The notes below the pieces were generated by a model. The model did not search any database, was not told the DNA's origin, and saw only the letters and a list, made by a program, of their open reading frames with translations. Both the position numbers and the translations under genes were made by a program. Shown here one piece after another: positions 20,564 to 30,047 of a stretch of DNA of 64,000 bases. The stretch is taken from the NCBI GenBank assembly GCA_040387875.1, contig JAZKCX010000039.1:2127-66126 (forward strand). Direction: 5' to 3'. The first letter of the stretch is position 1. Every line of letters starts with the position of its first letter. The DNA is from Pseudomonadota bacterium. Its GTDB lineage: Bacteria > Pseudomonadota > Gammaproteobacteria > Burkholderiales > Burkholderiaceae_C.

Positions 20564-22057
20564 ATGGCTTCCACCCCAGAAACGCCTGCCCTCGTTCCTG
20601 CTTCGTCCCCGGGCACCGCGCCTTTGGTGGCCCAGGCGGCCACTCCGCCCGCGCCGGTGGCACCTGTGCTGGTCACGCCCAATACGGCGGTGCTGGGCGT
20701 GTTGTCCGGCATTGCGCCCGGCACCGAAGTCTTCCGTGGCGCGGCGCGGTTTGCGCCCGAACGGCTGGAGCCCCTGTTTGCCGGTGACCGCCTCACGGTT
20801 CCTGCGGGCGGCGCAACCAACGTCACTTTCTACGGCCAGGGCGTGAACAAAACCCCGGTCAACGGCGTCTTCTACGGCGGTACCGACGCCGTGCTTACAG
20901 CAGCCTCGGTGTCGCCCGGCGTTCGCCAGTTGCAGGTAGAACTCAGCAGCGGCGACCTGCTGGTCGCGGTGCCCGAAGCCGCCGACACCGGCGCCGTGGC
21001 CGTGGTCAAAAAAGGGGCTGCTGCAGCGGCGGCGTCCGGCGGCAGCGGGCTGGCAGACAACGCCGGCTTGCTGGGCCTGTTTGCCCTCGCCAGCGGGGTG
21101 AGCGGCGGCGGTAGCAGCGATTCGACATCGGACAGCGGCGGTTTTTCTGCCAGCGATTCGGGCAGCACCTCCTCCTTCAACAGCTCAGGCAATTCCGACA
21201 GCACCGCTTTCGCGCCTGCGGACACCTCCAACAACACGGGCGCCAGCCCGCCCGCCAGCACCGCCGATCCGGTAGCCGGCAACGAAGAGGCCACACCGCC
21301 CGATGCATTGGGCGATGAAGGTGGCAGCGTAGTGGGCGACTTGACTGGCGCCCTGCCCGGCGCCGAAGGCGAAGAAGGCGCCGAGGGCGGCAGCCCGCTG
21401 GACGCTTTGACTGGCGGCCTCGGAGGTGAAGGCGGCGGTCCGCTCGGCGCTTTGACCGGTGGTCTGGGTGGCGAGGGTGGCGGCCCACTGGGCGCCCTGA
21501 CGGGCGGCTTGGGTGGCGAAGGCGGGAGCCCACTGGATGCCCTGACCGGCGGCCTCGGTGGCGAGGGTGGCGGCCCGCTCGGCGCGCTGACCGGCGGCTT
21601 GGGCGGCGAGGATGGCGGCCCACTGGGCTCCGTGACCGGCTTGCTCGGTGGTGAAGGCGGCAGCCCCTTGGACGCTTTGACTGGCGGCCTGGGCGGCGAA
21701 GGCGGTAGCCCGCTAGACGCCCTCACGGGTGGCTTGGGTGGCGAGGGCGGAAGCCCACTGGATGCCCTGACCGGCGGCCTGGGCGGTGAAGGCGGTGGCC
21801 CGCTGGGCCCGGTGACTGGCTTGCTAGGTGGTGAAGGCGGCAGTCCTCTGGACGCACTGACCGGCGGCCTCGGTGGTGAAGGTGGCAGTCCGCTGGGCGC
21901 CTTGACTGGCACCAACCCGCTCAGTGGCGGCGTTACCAATGCGCTGCCTGTCGGTGAGGCCGGTGGGTTAGTCGACGACGGAATGTTCTCTGGCGGTCCG
22001 CCTCCCGTAGGCAGCATGCCCCCGCAACAGGGCGACCCTTTTACTGGATTCGGTTAG
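20564..22057 (+). CDS. repetitive Cys-free acidic protein, paralog P1 of the T1SS-linked cargo family
   Basis: The ATG at 20564 has an AAGGA Shine-Dalgarno sequence 5 nt upstream. The N-terminal 150 aa aligns with the proteins at 57881-59755 and 60224-61642 (GVLS..G.E..RG..R....L..GDR..VP.GG.ANV.F...P.NGVF.GG..AV...SPGV.Q..V....GD..VA.P). A KK-hydrophobic segment follows, then a Ser/Asp-rich tract, then 12 tandem 15-aa Gly-rich repeats. Confidence 0.75.
   Translation: MASTPETPALVPASSPGTAPLVAQAATPPAPVAPVLVTPNTAVLGVLSGIAPGTEVFRGAARFAPERLEPLFAGDRLTVPAGGATNVTFYGQGVNKTPVNGVFYGGTDAVLTAASVSPGVRQLQVELSSGDLLVAVPEAADTGAVAVVKKGAAAAAASGGSGLADNAGLLGLFALASGVSGGGSSDSTSDSGGFSASDSGSTSSFNSSGNSDSTAFAPADTSNNTGASPPASTADPVAGNEEATPPDALGDEGGSVVGDLTGALPGAEGEEGAEGGSPLDALTGGLGGEGGGPLGALTGGLGGEGGGPLGALTGGLGGEGGSPLDALTGGLGGEGGGPLGALTGGLGGEDGGPLGSVTGLLGGEGGSPLDALTGGLGGEGGSPLDALTGGLGGEGGSPLDALTGGLGGEGGGPLGPVTGLLGGEGGSPLDALTGGLGGEGGSPLGALTGTNPLSGGVTNALPVGEAGGLVDDGMFSGGPPPVGSMPPQQGDPFTGFG
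21386..21910 (+). repeat. about 12 tandem 45-bp coding repeats (GGSPLDALTGGLGGE units) inside P1
   Basis: Counted by hand from the translation (aa 283-457 of the 505-aa ORF). The units differ by synonymous and G/S, D/G substitutions. Confidence 0.9.
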
Positions 22058-22086
22058 ACAACGGCCACGGGATGGTCACGGCCATG

Positions 22087-22112
22087 AAAAAAGCCACCTT
22101 CGGGTGGCTTTT
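22087..22112. terminator. bidirectional rho-independent terminator between P1 and the convergent lipoprotein gene
   Basis: An A-run is followed by the stem AGCCACC / GGTGGCT with loop TTCG, then a T-run. Confidence 0.6.
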
Positions 22113-22459
22113 CATTTGACTTTGCGCTTTGGATCATTCGGGTCATACAGCACCGTGCCGGTGCCCACGCCGACCCCAGCCCGTACACCGCTGTTGCCCA
22201 CCTCGGTGCCTACGCCCACGCCGGCCCCACCGGTTACCTGGCCGTTTTGGTTCACGCCCACACCCACCGCCACCGGGCCCGAACCCGCAGACACCCCCGC
22301 ATTGACACCGCCGCTGCCTACCCCCACGCCTATCGATACGCCGCGGAAGATGGGCACGCTGAAGCCCACGCCTGCGCCCACCGAGCCACAGCCGGCCAGG
22401 GCGGCCGACGCCAGCAGTGCAAACAGCAGCCGGGAGTGGGGGAAAGCCTGTGTCAACAT
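22112..22459 (-). CDS. glycine-rich lipoprotein
   Basis: A signal peptide with lipobox LAGC is followed by a (G-V/A/S-G) rich glycine-zipper-like body. The length is 115 aa. Confidence 0.7.
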   Translation of the reverse strand: MLTQAFPHSRLLFALLASAALAGCGSVGAGVGFSVPIFRGVSIGVGVGSGGVNAGVSAGSGPVAVGVGVNQNGQVTGGAGVGVGTEVGNSGVRAGVGVGTGTVLYDPNDPKRKVK

Positions 22460-22477
22460 GCCGCCATATTACGCCGC

Positions 22478-24445
22478 TCAGACCAGCAGCGCATTGACTC
22501 TTTTCACATAAGCGGCCGGATCGTCGGGCAGCCCGCCTTCGGCCAGCAGGGCCTGGTCAAACAATATGTGCGCCAGGTCGTCAAACAGCGGCGAGCCAGC
22601 GAGCTTTTTCACCAGCGCGTGTTCGGCATTGACTTCCAGCACCGGCTTGACTTCGGGCGCCTTCTGGCCGGCCTGTTTCAGCATGCGGGCGAGCTGGGTG
22701 CTCATGCCACCGTCCTGCACCACCAGGCAGGCCGGCGAATCGACCAGGCGGGTGGTCACGCGCACGTCCTGCGCCTTGTCTTTCAGCGTGAGCTTGAGCT
22801 GGGCCAGGATGGGCTTGAAGGTCTCGGCTGCGTCTTCGGCGGCTTTCTTTTCGGTGTCGTCCTGCAGCTTGCCCAGATCCACCGCGCCCTTGGCCACGCT
22901 TTGCAGCGGCGTGCCGTCAAACTCGTGCAGGTAGTTCAGCGCCCACTCGTCCACCCGGTCGGTCATCAGCAGCACCTCAATGCCTTTTTTCTTGAACACT
23001 TCCAGGTGCGGGCTGTTGCGGGCGGCGGCTGCGGTTTCGGCAGTGATGTAATAAATCGCTTCCTGGCCCTCTTTCATGCGGGCCTTGTAGTCGGCCAGCG
23101 AAACCGAGACCGTATCGCTGGTGGTGGAGGCATAACGCACCAGCTTGGCGAGGCGCTCGCGGTTGGCGAAGTCTTCGCCGAAACCTTCCTTCAGCACCGC
23201 GCCAAATTCTGCGTAGAACTTGCCGTACTGGCCGGCCTTGGCCTTGTCTTCATCGCTGGGCACGTCGGTCACGCCATCGGCGCCGGCAGTGGCGGGCTGG
23301 TCGTGTTTGGCCAGGTCTTCCAGCATGCCCAGCACGCGCCTGGTCGAGCCTTCGCGGATGGCTTTGACGTCGCGGCTTTCCTGCAGCAGCTCGCGGCTGA
23401 CGTTGAGCGGCAGGTCGCTTGAATCGACCACGCCTTTCACAAAGCGCAGGTAGGACGGCATTAGCGCCTCGGCGTCGTCCATGATGAAGACGCGCTTGAC
23501 GTAGAGCTTGACGCCAGCCACCTTCTCGCGCTGGTACAAATCCATCGGCGCCTTGGCCGGGATGTACAGCAGCTGGGTGTATTCGGTACTGCCTTCCACC
23601 CGGTTGTGGCTCCAGGCCAGCGGGTCGTCCTGGTCGTAGCTGATCTGTTTGTAGAAATCCCTGTACTGCTCGGGTGTGATGTCTTTTTTGGGCCGCGACC
23701 ACAGCGCGCTGGCCTGGTTGACGGTTTCCCATTCACCGGTTTTTTCCATGCCGCCGGGTTGATGACCACCGGAGGGGTCGTTTTCTATAGGTTCGCCCTC
23801 TTTCCATTCCTCTTTTTCCATCAGGATGGGCAGCGAAATATGGTCTGAGTACTTGCTGATGATGCCCTTCACCGACCAGGCATTGAGGTAGTCTTCGGCG
23901 TCGTCGCGCAGGTGCAGAATCACGCTGCTGCCGCGCTGCGGGCGGTTAATGGTTTCCACCTCAAAATCGCCGGCGCCGCCGCTGGTCCAGCGCACGCCTT
24001 GGTCTGCCGGCAGACCGGCCCGGCGCGACTCCACGGTGATCTTGTCGGCCACGATGAAGCCGGAATAAAAGCCCACGCCAAACTGGCCGATGAGCTGCGC
24101 GTCGGCCTTTTGCTCGCCGCTCAGTTTGCCCATGAATTCGCGGGTACCGCTTTTGGCAATGGTGCCCAGGTTGTCGATGGCCTCCTGCTCCGACAGGCCG
24201 ATGCCGTTGTCGGTAATCGTCAGGGTTTTGGCCGCGGTGTCGATGGCCACACGCACTTCCAGATTCGGCGCGTCCTCATACAGCGCGGCGTTGTTCAGCG
24301 CCTCAAAACGCAGCTTGTCGCAGGCATCGGACGCGTTGGAAATCAGCTCGCGCAGGAAGATTTCCTTGTTGGAGTACAGCGAGTGGGTGACGAGGTGCAG
24401 CAGTTGGGCTACTTCGGCCTGGAAGGAAAGTTTTTGCTTGCTCAT
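22478..24445 (-). CDS. htpG: molecular chaperone HtpG (Hsp90)
   Basis: [32 protein letters not shown] (the GHKL ATPase N-terminus) and [10 protein letters not shown] are present. I chose the internal ATG at 24445, giving 655 aa. Confidence 0.95.
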   Translation of the reverse strand: MSKQKLSFQAEVAQLLHLVTHSLYSNKEIFLRELISNASDACDKLRFEALNNAALYEDAPNLEVRVAIDTAAKTLTITDNGIGLSEQEAIDNLGTIAKSGTREFMGKLSGEQKADAQLIGQFGVGFYSGFIVADKITVESRRAGLPADQGVRWTSGGAGDFEVETINRPQRGSSVILHLRDDAEDYLNAWSVKGIISKYSDHISLPILMEKEEWKEGEPIENDPSGGHQPGGMEKTGEWETVNQASALWSRPKKDITPEQYRDFYKQISYDQDDPLAWSHNRVEGSTEYTQLLYIPAKAPMDLYQREKVAGVKLYVKRVFIMDDAEALMPSYLRFVKGVVDSSDLPLNVSRELLQESRDVKAIREGSTRRVLGMLEDLAKHDQPATAGADGVTDVPSDEDKAKAGQYGKFYAEFGAVLKEGFGEDFANRERLAKLVRYASTTSDTVSVSLADYKARMKEGQEAIYYITAETAAAARNSPHLEVFKKKGIEVLLMTDRVDEWALNYLHEFDGTPLQSVAKGAVDLGKLQDDTEKKAAEDAAETFKPILAQLKLTLKDKAQDVRVTTRLVDSPACLVVQDGGMSTQLARMLKQAGQKAPEVKPVLEVNAEHALVKKLAGSPLFDDLAHILFDQALLAEGGLPDDPAAYVKRVNALLV

Positions 24446-24555
24446 GGTGAAACTGGAAGTGTCCCGAGGTTGGAAGTTAGGTGCCCGCCAGCTGAACAGC
24501 GGGCCAGGCGGAATTATGGGCGCTGCGCCCGTTTTCAAGGCAGCAGCCGCGCCGG

Positions 24556-25398
24556 CTAGAAGCGTTCGTGCGGGCCCAGGTAACGCCATGCGCCAATCGG
24601 CAGGTTACCCAGCACGACATGGCCAATGCGAATGCGTTTGAGGCCCACCACTTTCAGGCCCACCTGTTCGCACATGCGGCGAATCTGCCGCTTCTTGCCT
24701 TCGGTCAGCACAAAACGCAGTTGCTCGGGGTTTTGCCAATCCACTTTGGCGGGCCGCAGCGGCTGGCCGTCCAGGCTCAGGCCGTGGCGCAGGCGGGCCA
24801 GCTGGGCAGTTGGAAAGGCTGCCTGCACGTTGTTTTCTACCGGCGCGCCGGCGCCCTCGTAAATCACGCGCACCAGATACTCTTTTTCCACCTCGGAGTT
24901 CTCGCCAATGAGCTGGCGCGCCACCCGGCCGTCCTGCGTCAATACCAACAGGCCGATGGAATCGATATCCAGCCGTCCTGCCGGCGCCAGCCCGCGCAGT
25001 TGCGGCGGCGAAAACCGGTTGCGGCTGGGGTCTTCGCGCCAGTGGGTACGGGGGTTGATGAGCACAATGGCCGGCTCGTGGCCATCCTCGGCCTGGCCGC
25101 TGACATAGCCCATGGGCTTGTTGAGCAAAATCGTGACACGGTTTTCCTGCTGGCCGCGGGCCTTGGGGTCGACCTCGATGTGGGCGTCGGGCGCCACCTG
25201 CAGGCCCATGGGGGCTATGGCGCCGTTCACCTTGACCCAGCCCATCGCAATCCAGTCGTCGGCCTCGCGGCGCGAGCACAGGCCCAGCTCGGCCATGCGT
25301 TTGTTCAGGCGGCTGGTGGCCGGTGCAGATAGTGGGGGCACGGAGGGCGAGGCTTGCAGGGCACGGCGCGGTGGCGGGGGGCGGCGGAAGTCGGTCAT
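24556..25398 (-). CDS. pseudouridine synthase, RsuA/RluB/RluF family
   Basis: An S4 domain ([18 protein letters not shown]) and the catalytic [17 protein letters not shown] motif are present. The start choice at 25398 is uncertain. Confidence 0.8.
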   Translation of the reverse strand: MTDFRRPPPPRRALQASPSVPPLSAPATSRLNKRMAELGLCSRREADDWIAMGWVKVNGAIAPMGLQVAPDAHIEVDPKARGQQENRVTILLNKPMGYVSGQAEDGHEPAIVLINPRTHWREDPSRNRFSPPQLRGLAPAGRLDIDSIGLLVLTQDGRVARQLIGENSEVEKEYLVRVIYEGAGAPVENNVQAAFPTAQLARLRHGLSLDGQPLRPAKVDWQNPEQLRFVLTEGKKRQIRRMCEQVGLKVVGLKRIRIGHVVLGNLPIGAWRYLGPHERF

Positions 25399-25426
25399 GA
25401 AGCCGCTATTTTGCCGTTTTGGCTTT

Positions 25427-26161
25427 TCACCGCTCCAGCGCGCGCCCCGGCCGTTGGGCCAGTCCGTAGCGCAAAGCATGCAGGTCCAGCACCCGCAGGC
25501 CCCCATATTCCACCCGAATGCTGCCCTGCGCTTCCAGCGTGGCCAGCGCCTCGTTCACCCGCTGGCGCGACAGACCCACCAGGTAGGCCAGCTCCTGCTG
25601 GGTGATGCGCAAAATCTGCCCCACGCTGGGGTAGAGCACCGGATTGAACAGTGCCGCCAGGTTGCGCGCCACCCGCACATCGGGACTTCCGAGCCGGTCG
25701 ATCTCGCGGGCCGCAATGAACTGGGCCAGCCGCTCGTTGAGCTGGTTCATCACAAAACGGTTGAAGGCAATCGAATGGTCAAGCAGCCAGTGGAAGGTTT
25801 CCACCGGCACACCGGCCACCACACTGCGGCGCAGCGGCTGGATGTTGTAGCGGTAGCTTTCGCGCTTGAGCAAGGTGCCCTCGCCAAACCAGCCACCGGT
25901 GGGAATGCCGGCAAAAGTCATGGACTGGCCCTGGTCGTTGTCGGTGCTCATCTTGAGCAGGCCCTCGACCACGCCAAACCAGTAATTGCCCGGCCGGCCG
26001 ACGCGGCACAACAAATCGGTGGGCTGGGCGTCGCTGACACGCAGCTCGGCCAGTACCCGTTTGCGCTCCTGCAGCGCGAGCAGGCCAAACCACGGAATGC
26101 CCTGAAGCTCGGTTTCTGTCGGCAATCGACGGCGCTGATGGAGGCTGAGGTCGGTACTCAT
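25427..26161 (-). CDS. Crp/Fnr family transcriptional regulator
   Basis: An N-terminal cNMP-binding-like beta roll and a C-terminal HTH (ITQQELAYLVGLSRQRVNEALATLE) are present. Confidence 0.8.
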   Translation of the reverse strand: MSTDLSLHQRRRLPTETELQGIPWFGLLALQERKRVLAELRVSDAQPTDLLCRVGRPGNYWFGVVEGLLKMSTDNDQGQSMTFAGIPTGGWFGEGTLLKRESYRYNIQPLRRSVVAGVPVETFHWLLDHSIAFNRFVMNQLNERLAQFIAAREIDRLGSPDVRVARNLAALFNPVLYPSVGQILRITQQELAYLVGLSRQRVNEALATLEAQGSIRVEYGGLRVLDLHALRYGLAQRPGRALER

Positions 26162-26278
26162 GGGCGGAAATGAAGAAATTGATGTAAAGCCGGGAAACCC
26201 CCACTAGGGGTCACCCTAGGATTGTCGGCGAAACGACAAAATAACGTCAAACATTTGCTTACTATCCGTCGTGAAATT

Positions 26279-26297
26279 TGTCACACCTCCGTTGACA
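26279..26297. promoter_or_regulatory. inverted repeat TGTCA-N9-TGACA in the divergent promoter region
   Basis: The repeat lies between the Crp/Fnr regulator gene and the CoA-ligase/ABC cluster. The 9-nt spacing is atypical for CRP/FNR boxes, so this is only a candidate. Confidence 0.25.
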
Positions 26298-26328
26298 CGA
26301 ATTCCCTTTTTTGAATCAAGGATGCGGG

Positions 26329-28272
26329 ATGCAGACCACGTTCCCTCAACTGCTGTTGAAACATGCCGCCGAGCGCCCCCAGGCGCCAGCCATGCGCGAG
26401 AAAGAATACGGTATCTGGCAAACCCGGACCTGGAACGACATGGCCGTGATGGTGGAGCAGATTGCCTGCGGCCTGCATCTGGCAGGGCTGCAGCGCGGCG
26501 AGCACATGGTGCTGATCGGCTCCAACCGGCCACGCCTGTACGCCACCATGCTGGCAGTCCAGTCGCTTGGCGCCATTCCGGTGCCGCTGTACCAGGACGC
26601 TGCCGGCCCGGAGTGCGTGTTTCCTATCAATAACACCGGCACCCGCTTTGCGCTGGTGGAAGACCAGGAACAGGTCGACAAGCTGATGGAAATCCGCGAA
26701 TCCTGCCCGGCCATCAGCCATGTTTACTACGATGAACCGCGTGGCTTGCGCAACTACAGCGAGCCGGGCCTGGCATCGCTCGATTCGCTGATCGAGGCCG
26801 GCAAGGCTTTTGCAGCCAGCAATGCCGGCTTTTTCAAGGCCGAGATTGCCAGGACGGTGGAGACCGACGTAGCCGCGATGTTCTACACCTCGGGTACCAC
26901 AGGCAACCCCAAAGGCGTGGTCCACACCCACTTCACGCTGCTGAACCGTGGCAAGGCCGCCGCCGATTTTGAGCGCCTGGGCCCTAACGAAGACGTGCTG
27001 GCTTACCTGCCGCCCGCGTGGATTGGCCAGAACATCTTTTCCTACGCCCAGTGGCTGGCCTGCGGTTACGTGGTGAACTGCCCGGAATCGGCCGCCACCG
27101 TGATGATTGATTTGAAGGAAGTCGGCCCGACGTATTACTTCGCACCGCCCCGTGTGTTTGAAGGCCTGCTGACCAGCGTGATGATCCGCATGGAAGACGC
27201 CGGCGCCCTCAAGCGCAAGATTTTCCACACCGCCATGGACCTGGCCAAACGCGTGGGCCCGGCCCGCATGGATGGCCTGCCGGTCAGCACGATGGACCGT
27301 ATCAAGTACGCCATTGGCGACTTCATGGTCTATGGCCCGCTGCGCAACAACCTGGGCATGAGCCGCGTCAAGGTGGCCTATACCGCCGGCGAGGCAATTG
27401 GCCCGGACCTGTTTACCTTCTACCGCTCCATCGGCATCAACCTCAAGCAACTCTACGGCTCGACCGAGACCGCTGTGTTTGTCTGCGTACAGCCCGACAA
27501 CCAGGCCCGCGCCGACACGGTGGGCGTACCGCTGGCGGGTGTGGAGATCAAGCTGGAAAACGGCGAGCTGATGGTCAAGTCGCCCGGTCTGCTCAAGGAG
27601 TACTACAAGAATCCTGCTGCCACCGCCGAAGTGCTGACGGCCGACGGCTGGTACCACACCGGTGACGCCGGCTTCCTCGACAACGAAGGCCACCTGAAGA
27701 TCATCGATCGCGCCAAGGATGTGGGACGCATCATGGGTGGTGCCCACGATGGCGCCATGTTCGCGCCCAAGTATGTGGAGAACAAACTCAAGTTTTTCTC
27801 GCACATCAAGGAAGTGGTGGCGCTGGGCGACAAGCGCGAGTTTGCCTGCGTGATGATCAACATCGATTTCGACGCAGTGGCCAACTGGGCCGAGCGGCGC
27901 AACCTGCCTTACGCCGGCTACGCCGACCTGGCGCAAAAGCCCGAGGTCTACGGCCTGATCAAGGACTGCGTGGAGCAGGTCAATGCCGACCTGAGCCGCG
28001 ACGCCATGCTGGCGGGAAGCCAGGTCAGCCGCTTTCTGGTGCTGCACAAGGAACTCGACGCAGACGATGGCGAGCTCACCCGCACCAACAAGGTCCGCCG
28101 CGGCTTCATTGCCGACAAATACCAGCCTCTGGTCGACGCGCTGTACGGCGGCAAGACCGAGCAGTTCATTGAAACCCAGGTCAAATTTGAAGACGGTCGC
28201 ACCGGCAGCATCAGCGCCACGCTCAAGATCGTTGACACCAAGACTTTCACGCCCGTGAAGGCAGCAGCATGA
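26329..28272 (+). CDS. AMP-binding acyl-CoA synthetase (long-chain-fatty-acid--CoA ligase-like)
   Basis: The adenylate-forming motifs FYTSGTTGNPKGV, YGSTET and TGDAG are present. The stop overlaps the next gene. Confidence 0.85.
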   Translation: MQTTFPQLLLKHAAERPQAPAMREKEYGIWQTRTWNDMAVMVEQIACGLHLAGLQRGEHMVLIGSNRPRLYATMLAVQSLGAIPVPLYQDAAGPECVFPINNTGTRFALVEDQEQVDKLMEIRESCPAISHVYYDEPRGLRNYSEPGLASLDSLIEAGKAFAASNAGFFKAEIARTVETDVAAMFYTSGTTGNPKGVVHTHFTLLNRGKAAADFERLGPNEDVLAYLPPAWIGQNIFSYAQWLACGYVVNCPESAATVMIDLKEVGPTYYFAPPRVFEGLLTSVMIRMEDAGALKRKIFHTAMDLAKRVGPARMDGLPVSTMDRIKYAIGDFMVYGPLRNNLGMSRVKVAYTAGEAIGPDLFTFYRSIGINLKQLYGSTETAVFVCVQPDNQARADTVGVPLAGVEIKLENGELMVKSPGLLKEYYKNPAATAEVLTADGWYHTGDAGFLDNEGHLKIIDRAKDVGRIMGGAHDGAMFAPKYVENKLKFFSHIKEVVALGDKREFACVMINIDFDAVANWAERRNLPYAGYADLAQKPEVYGLIKDCVEQVNADLSRDAMLAGSQVSRFLVLHKELDADDGELTRTNKVRRGFIADKYQPLVDALYGGKTEQFIETQVKFEDGRTGSISATLKIVDTKTFTPVKAAA

Positions 28273-29051
28273 GCAAGAAAATCGGCGACGTCATTCTGGA
28301 CGTCAACAACATCAGTTTGCGCTTCGGCGGCGTCAAAGCGCTGACTGACATCTCGTTCAACGTGAAAGAGCACGAGATCCGCGCCATCATCGGACCCAAC
28401 GGCGCCGGCAAAAGCTCCATGCTGAATTGCATCAACGGCGTCTATTCGCCGCAGGAAGGCACGATCAGCTTCATGGGCCAGACCTTCAAGCACATGAGCA
28501 GCCGCCAGGTGGCCGAGATGGGTCTGGCACGGACCTTTCAGAACCTGGCGCTGTTCAAGGGCATGAGCGTGCTCGACAACATCATGACCGGGCGCAACCT
28601 GCGCATCAAAAGCAACCTGTTCATGCAGGCGCTGCGCATTGGGCCTGCAGAAAAAGAAGAGATGCAGCACCGCGAGTATGTGGAGCACATCATCGACTTT
28701 CTGGAAATCCAGGCCTATCGCAAAACGCCTGTGGGCCAATTGCCTTATGGCCTGCAGAAGCGTGTGGATCTGGCGCGGGCACTGGCGCTCGAACCCAAAG
28801 TGCTGCTGCTGGACGAGCCCATGGCGGGCATGAACGTTGAGGAGAAGCAGGACATGTGCCGCTTCGTGCTCGACGTCAATGACGAATTCGGAACCACCAT
28901 CGTGCTGATTGAGCACGACATGGGCGTGGTGATGGACATTTCCGACCGGGTGGTGGTGTTGGACTACGGCAAAAAAATCGGCGATGGCACGCCGGAAGAA
29001 GTCCGCAACAACCCCGAAGTCATCAGCGCCTATCTCGGCACCAGTCACTGA
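28269..29051 (+). CDS. ABC transporter ATP-binding protein (LivG-like)
   Basis: Walker A GPNGAGKSS, the signature region LPYGLQKRVDLARAL and Walker B VLLLDEPMAGM are present. Confidence 0.85.
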   Translation: MSKKIGDVILDVNNISLRFGGVKALTDISFNVKEHEIRAIIGPNGAGKSSMLNCINGVYSPQEGTISFMGQTFKHMSSRQVAEMGLARTFQNLALFKGMSVLDNIMTGRNLRIKSNLFMQALRIGPAEKEEMQHREYVEHIIDFLEIQAYRKTPVGQLPYGLQKRVDLARALALEPKVLLLDEPMAGMNVEEKQDMCRFVLDVNDEFGTTIVLIEHDMGVVMDISDRVVVLDYGKKIGDGTPEEVRNNPEVISAYLGTSH

Positions 29052-29059
29052 GCAACACC

Positions 29060-29989
29060 ATGGCATTCTTTCTAGAAACCCTTTTCAGCGGCCTGATGGT
29101 CGGCATGCTTTATTCGCTGGTGGCGCTCGGCTTTGTGCTGATTTTCAAGGCCTCCGGTGTCTTCAACTTCGCGCAGGGCGCGATGGTGCTGTTTGCCGCG
29201 TTGGCGATGGCCCGGTTTTCGGAATGGATTCCGAAGTGGACCGGTATCGACAGCCTGATCTTCGCCAACGTGGCGGCCTTCATCATTTCCGCGCTCATCA
29301 TGTTCACGATGGCCTGGCTGGTCGAACGGCTGGTGCTGCGGCATCTGGTGAACCAGGACAGCGCAACCCTGCTGATGGCCACGCTGGGCATCGCCTACTT
29401 CCTTGAAGGTTTTGGCCAGACGCTGTTTGGCAGCCAGATTTACCAGATCAACGTGGGCATGCCCAAAGAGCCGCTGATCGCTTTTGAATCTGTTTTCCCG
29501 GGCGGCATTCTGCTGAGCAAGGAAGATATGGTGGCGGCAGGCATCGCCGTGGTGCTGGTGACCCTGCTGTCCGTCTTCTTCCAGAAAACGTCTACCGGCC
29601 GCGCACTGCGCGCGGTGGCAGACGACCACCAGGCAGCGCAGTCCATCGGTATTCCGCTGAACCGCATCTGGGTCATTGTGTGGTGTGTGGCCGGTCTGGT
29701 GGCTTTGGTGGCCGGCATCATCTGGGGCTCCAAACTGTCGGTGCAGTTCTCGCTGACCACCATCGCACTGCGCGCCCTTCCCGTGTTGATTCTGGGCGGC
29801 CTGACCTCGGTGCCTGGCGCCATTGTGGGCGGCCTGATCATCGGCGTGGGCGAAAAGCTGTCGGAAGTTTTCCTGGGCCCCTATATCGGCGGCGGTATCG
29901 AAATCTGGTTTGCCTATGTGCTGGCCCTGGTGTTTCTGCTGTTCCGTCCGCAAGGACTGTTTGGCGAAAAGATCATCGACCGGGTATGA
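29060..29989 (+). CDS. branched-chain amino acid type ABC transporter permease (LivH-like)
   Basis: A polytopic protein with AFFLETLFSGLMVGMLYSLVALG at the N-terminus and GGLTSVPGAIVGG near the C-terminus. Confidence 0.85.
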   Translation: MAFFLETLFSGLMVGMLYSLVALGFVLIFKASGVFNFAQGAMVLFAALAMARFSEWIPKWTGIDSLIFANVAAFIISALIMFTMAWLVERLVLRHLVNQDSATLLMATLGIAYFLEGFGQTLFGSQIYQINVGMPKEPLIAFESVFPGGILLSKEDMVAAGIAVVLVTLLSVFFQKTSTGRALRAVADDHQAAQSIGIPLNRIWVIVWCVAGLVALVAGIIWGSKLSVQFSLTTIALRALPVLILGGLTSVPGAIVGGLIIGVGEKLSEVFLGPYIGGGIEIWFAYVLALVFLLFRPQGLFGEKIIDRV

Positions 29990-30047
29990 CGCCCCCGCCT
30001 GATTGCGCAGCGTGCTCTAGCCCACCGATTCCGTTCGAGAGAAAACC

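Noticed and set aside
21386-21910. Regularly spaced 45-bp repeats that could be a CRISPR array.
   Set aside because: The units are contiguous with no spacers, remain in one open reading frame and encode a coherent peptide repeat. No cas genes are present.
20872-22017. A 381-aa Pro/Ser-rich ORF on the minus strand (PPSPPRPPV repeats), antisense to P1.
   Set aside because: It is the mirror-frame product of the Gly-rich 45-bp repeats. The plus-strand frame has an ATG with a Shine-Dalgarno sequence, a downstream terminator, and an N-domain conserved in two other loci. The antisense frame has none of these.
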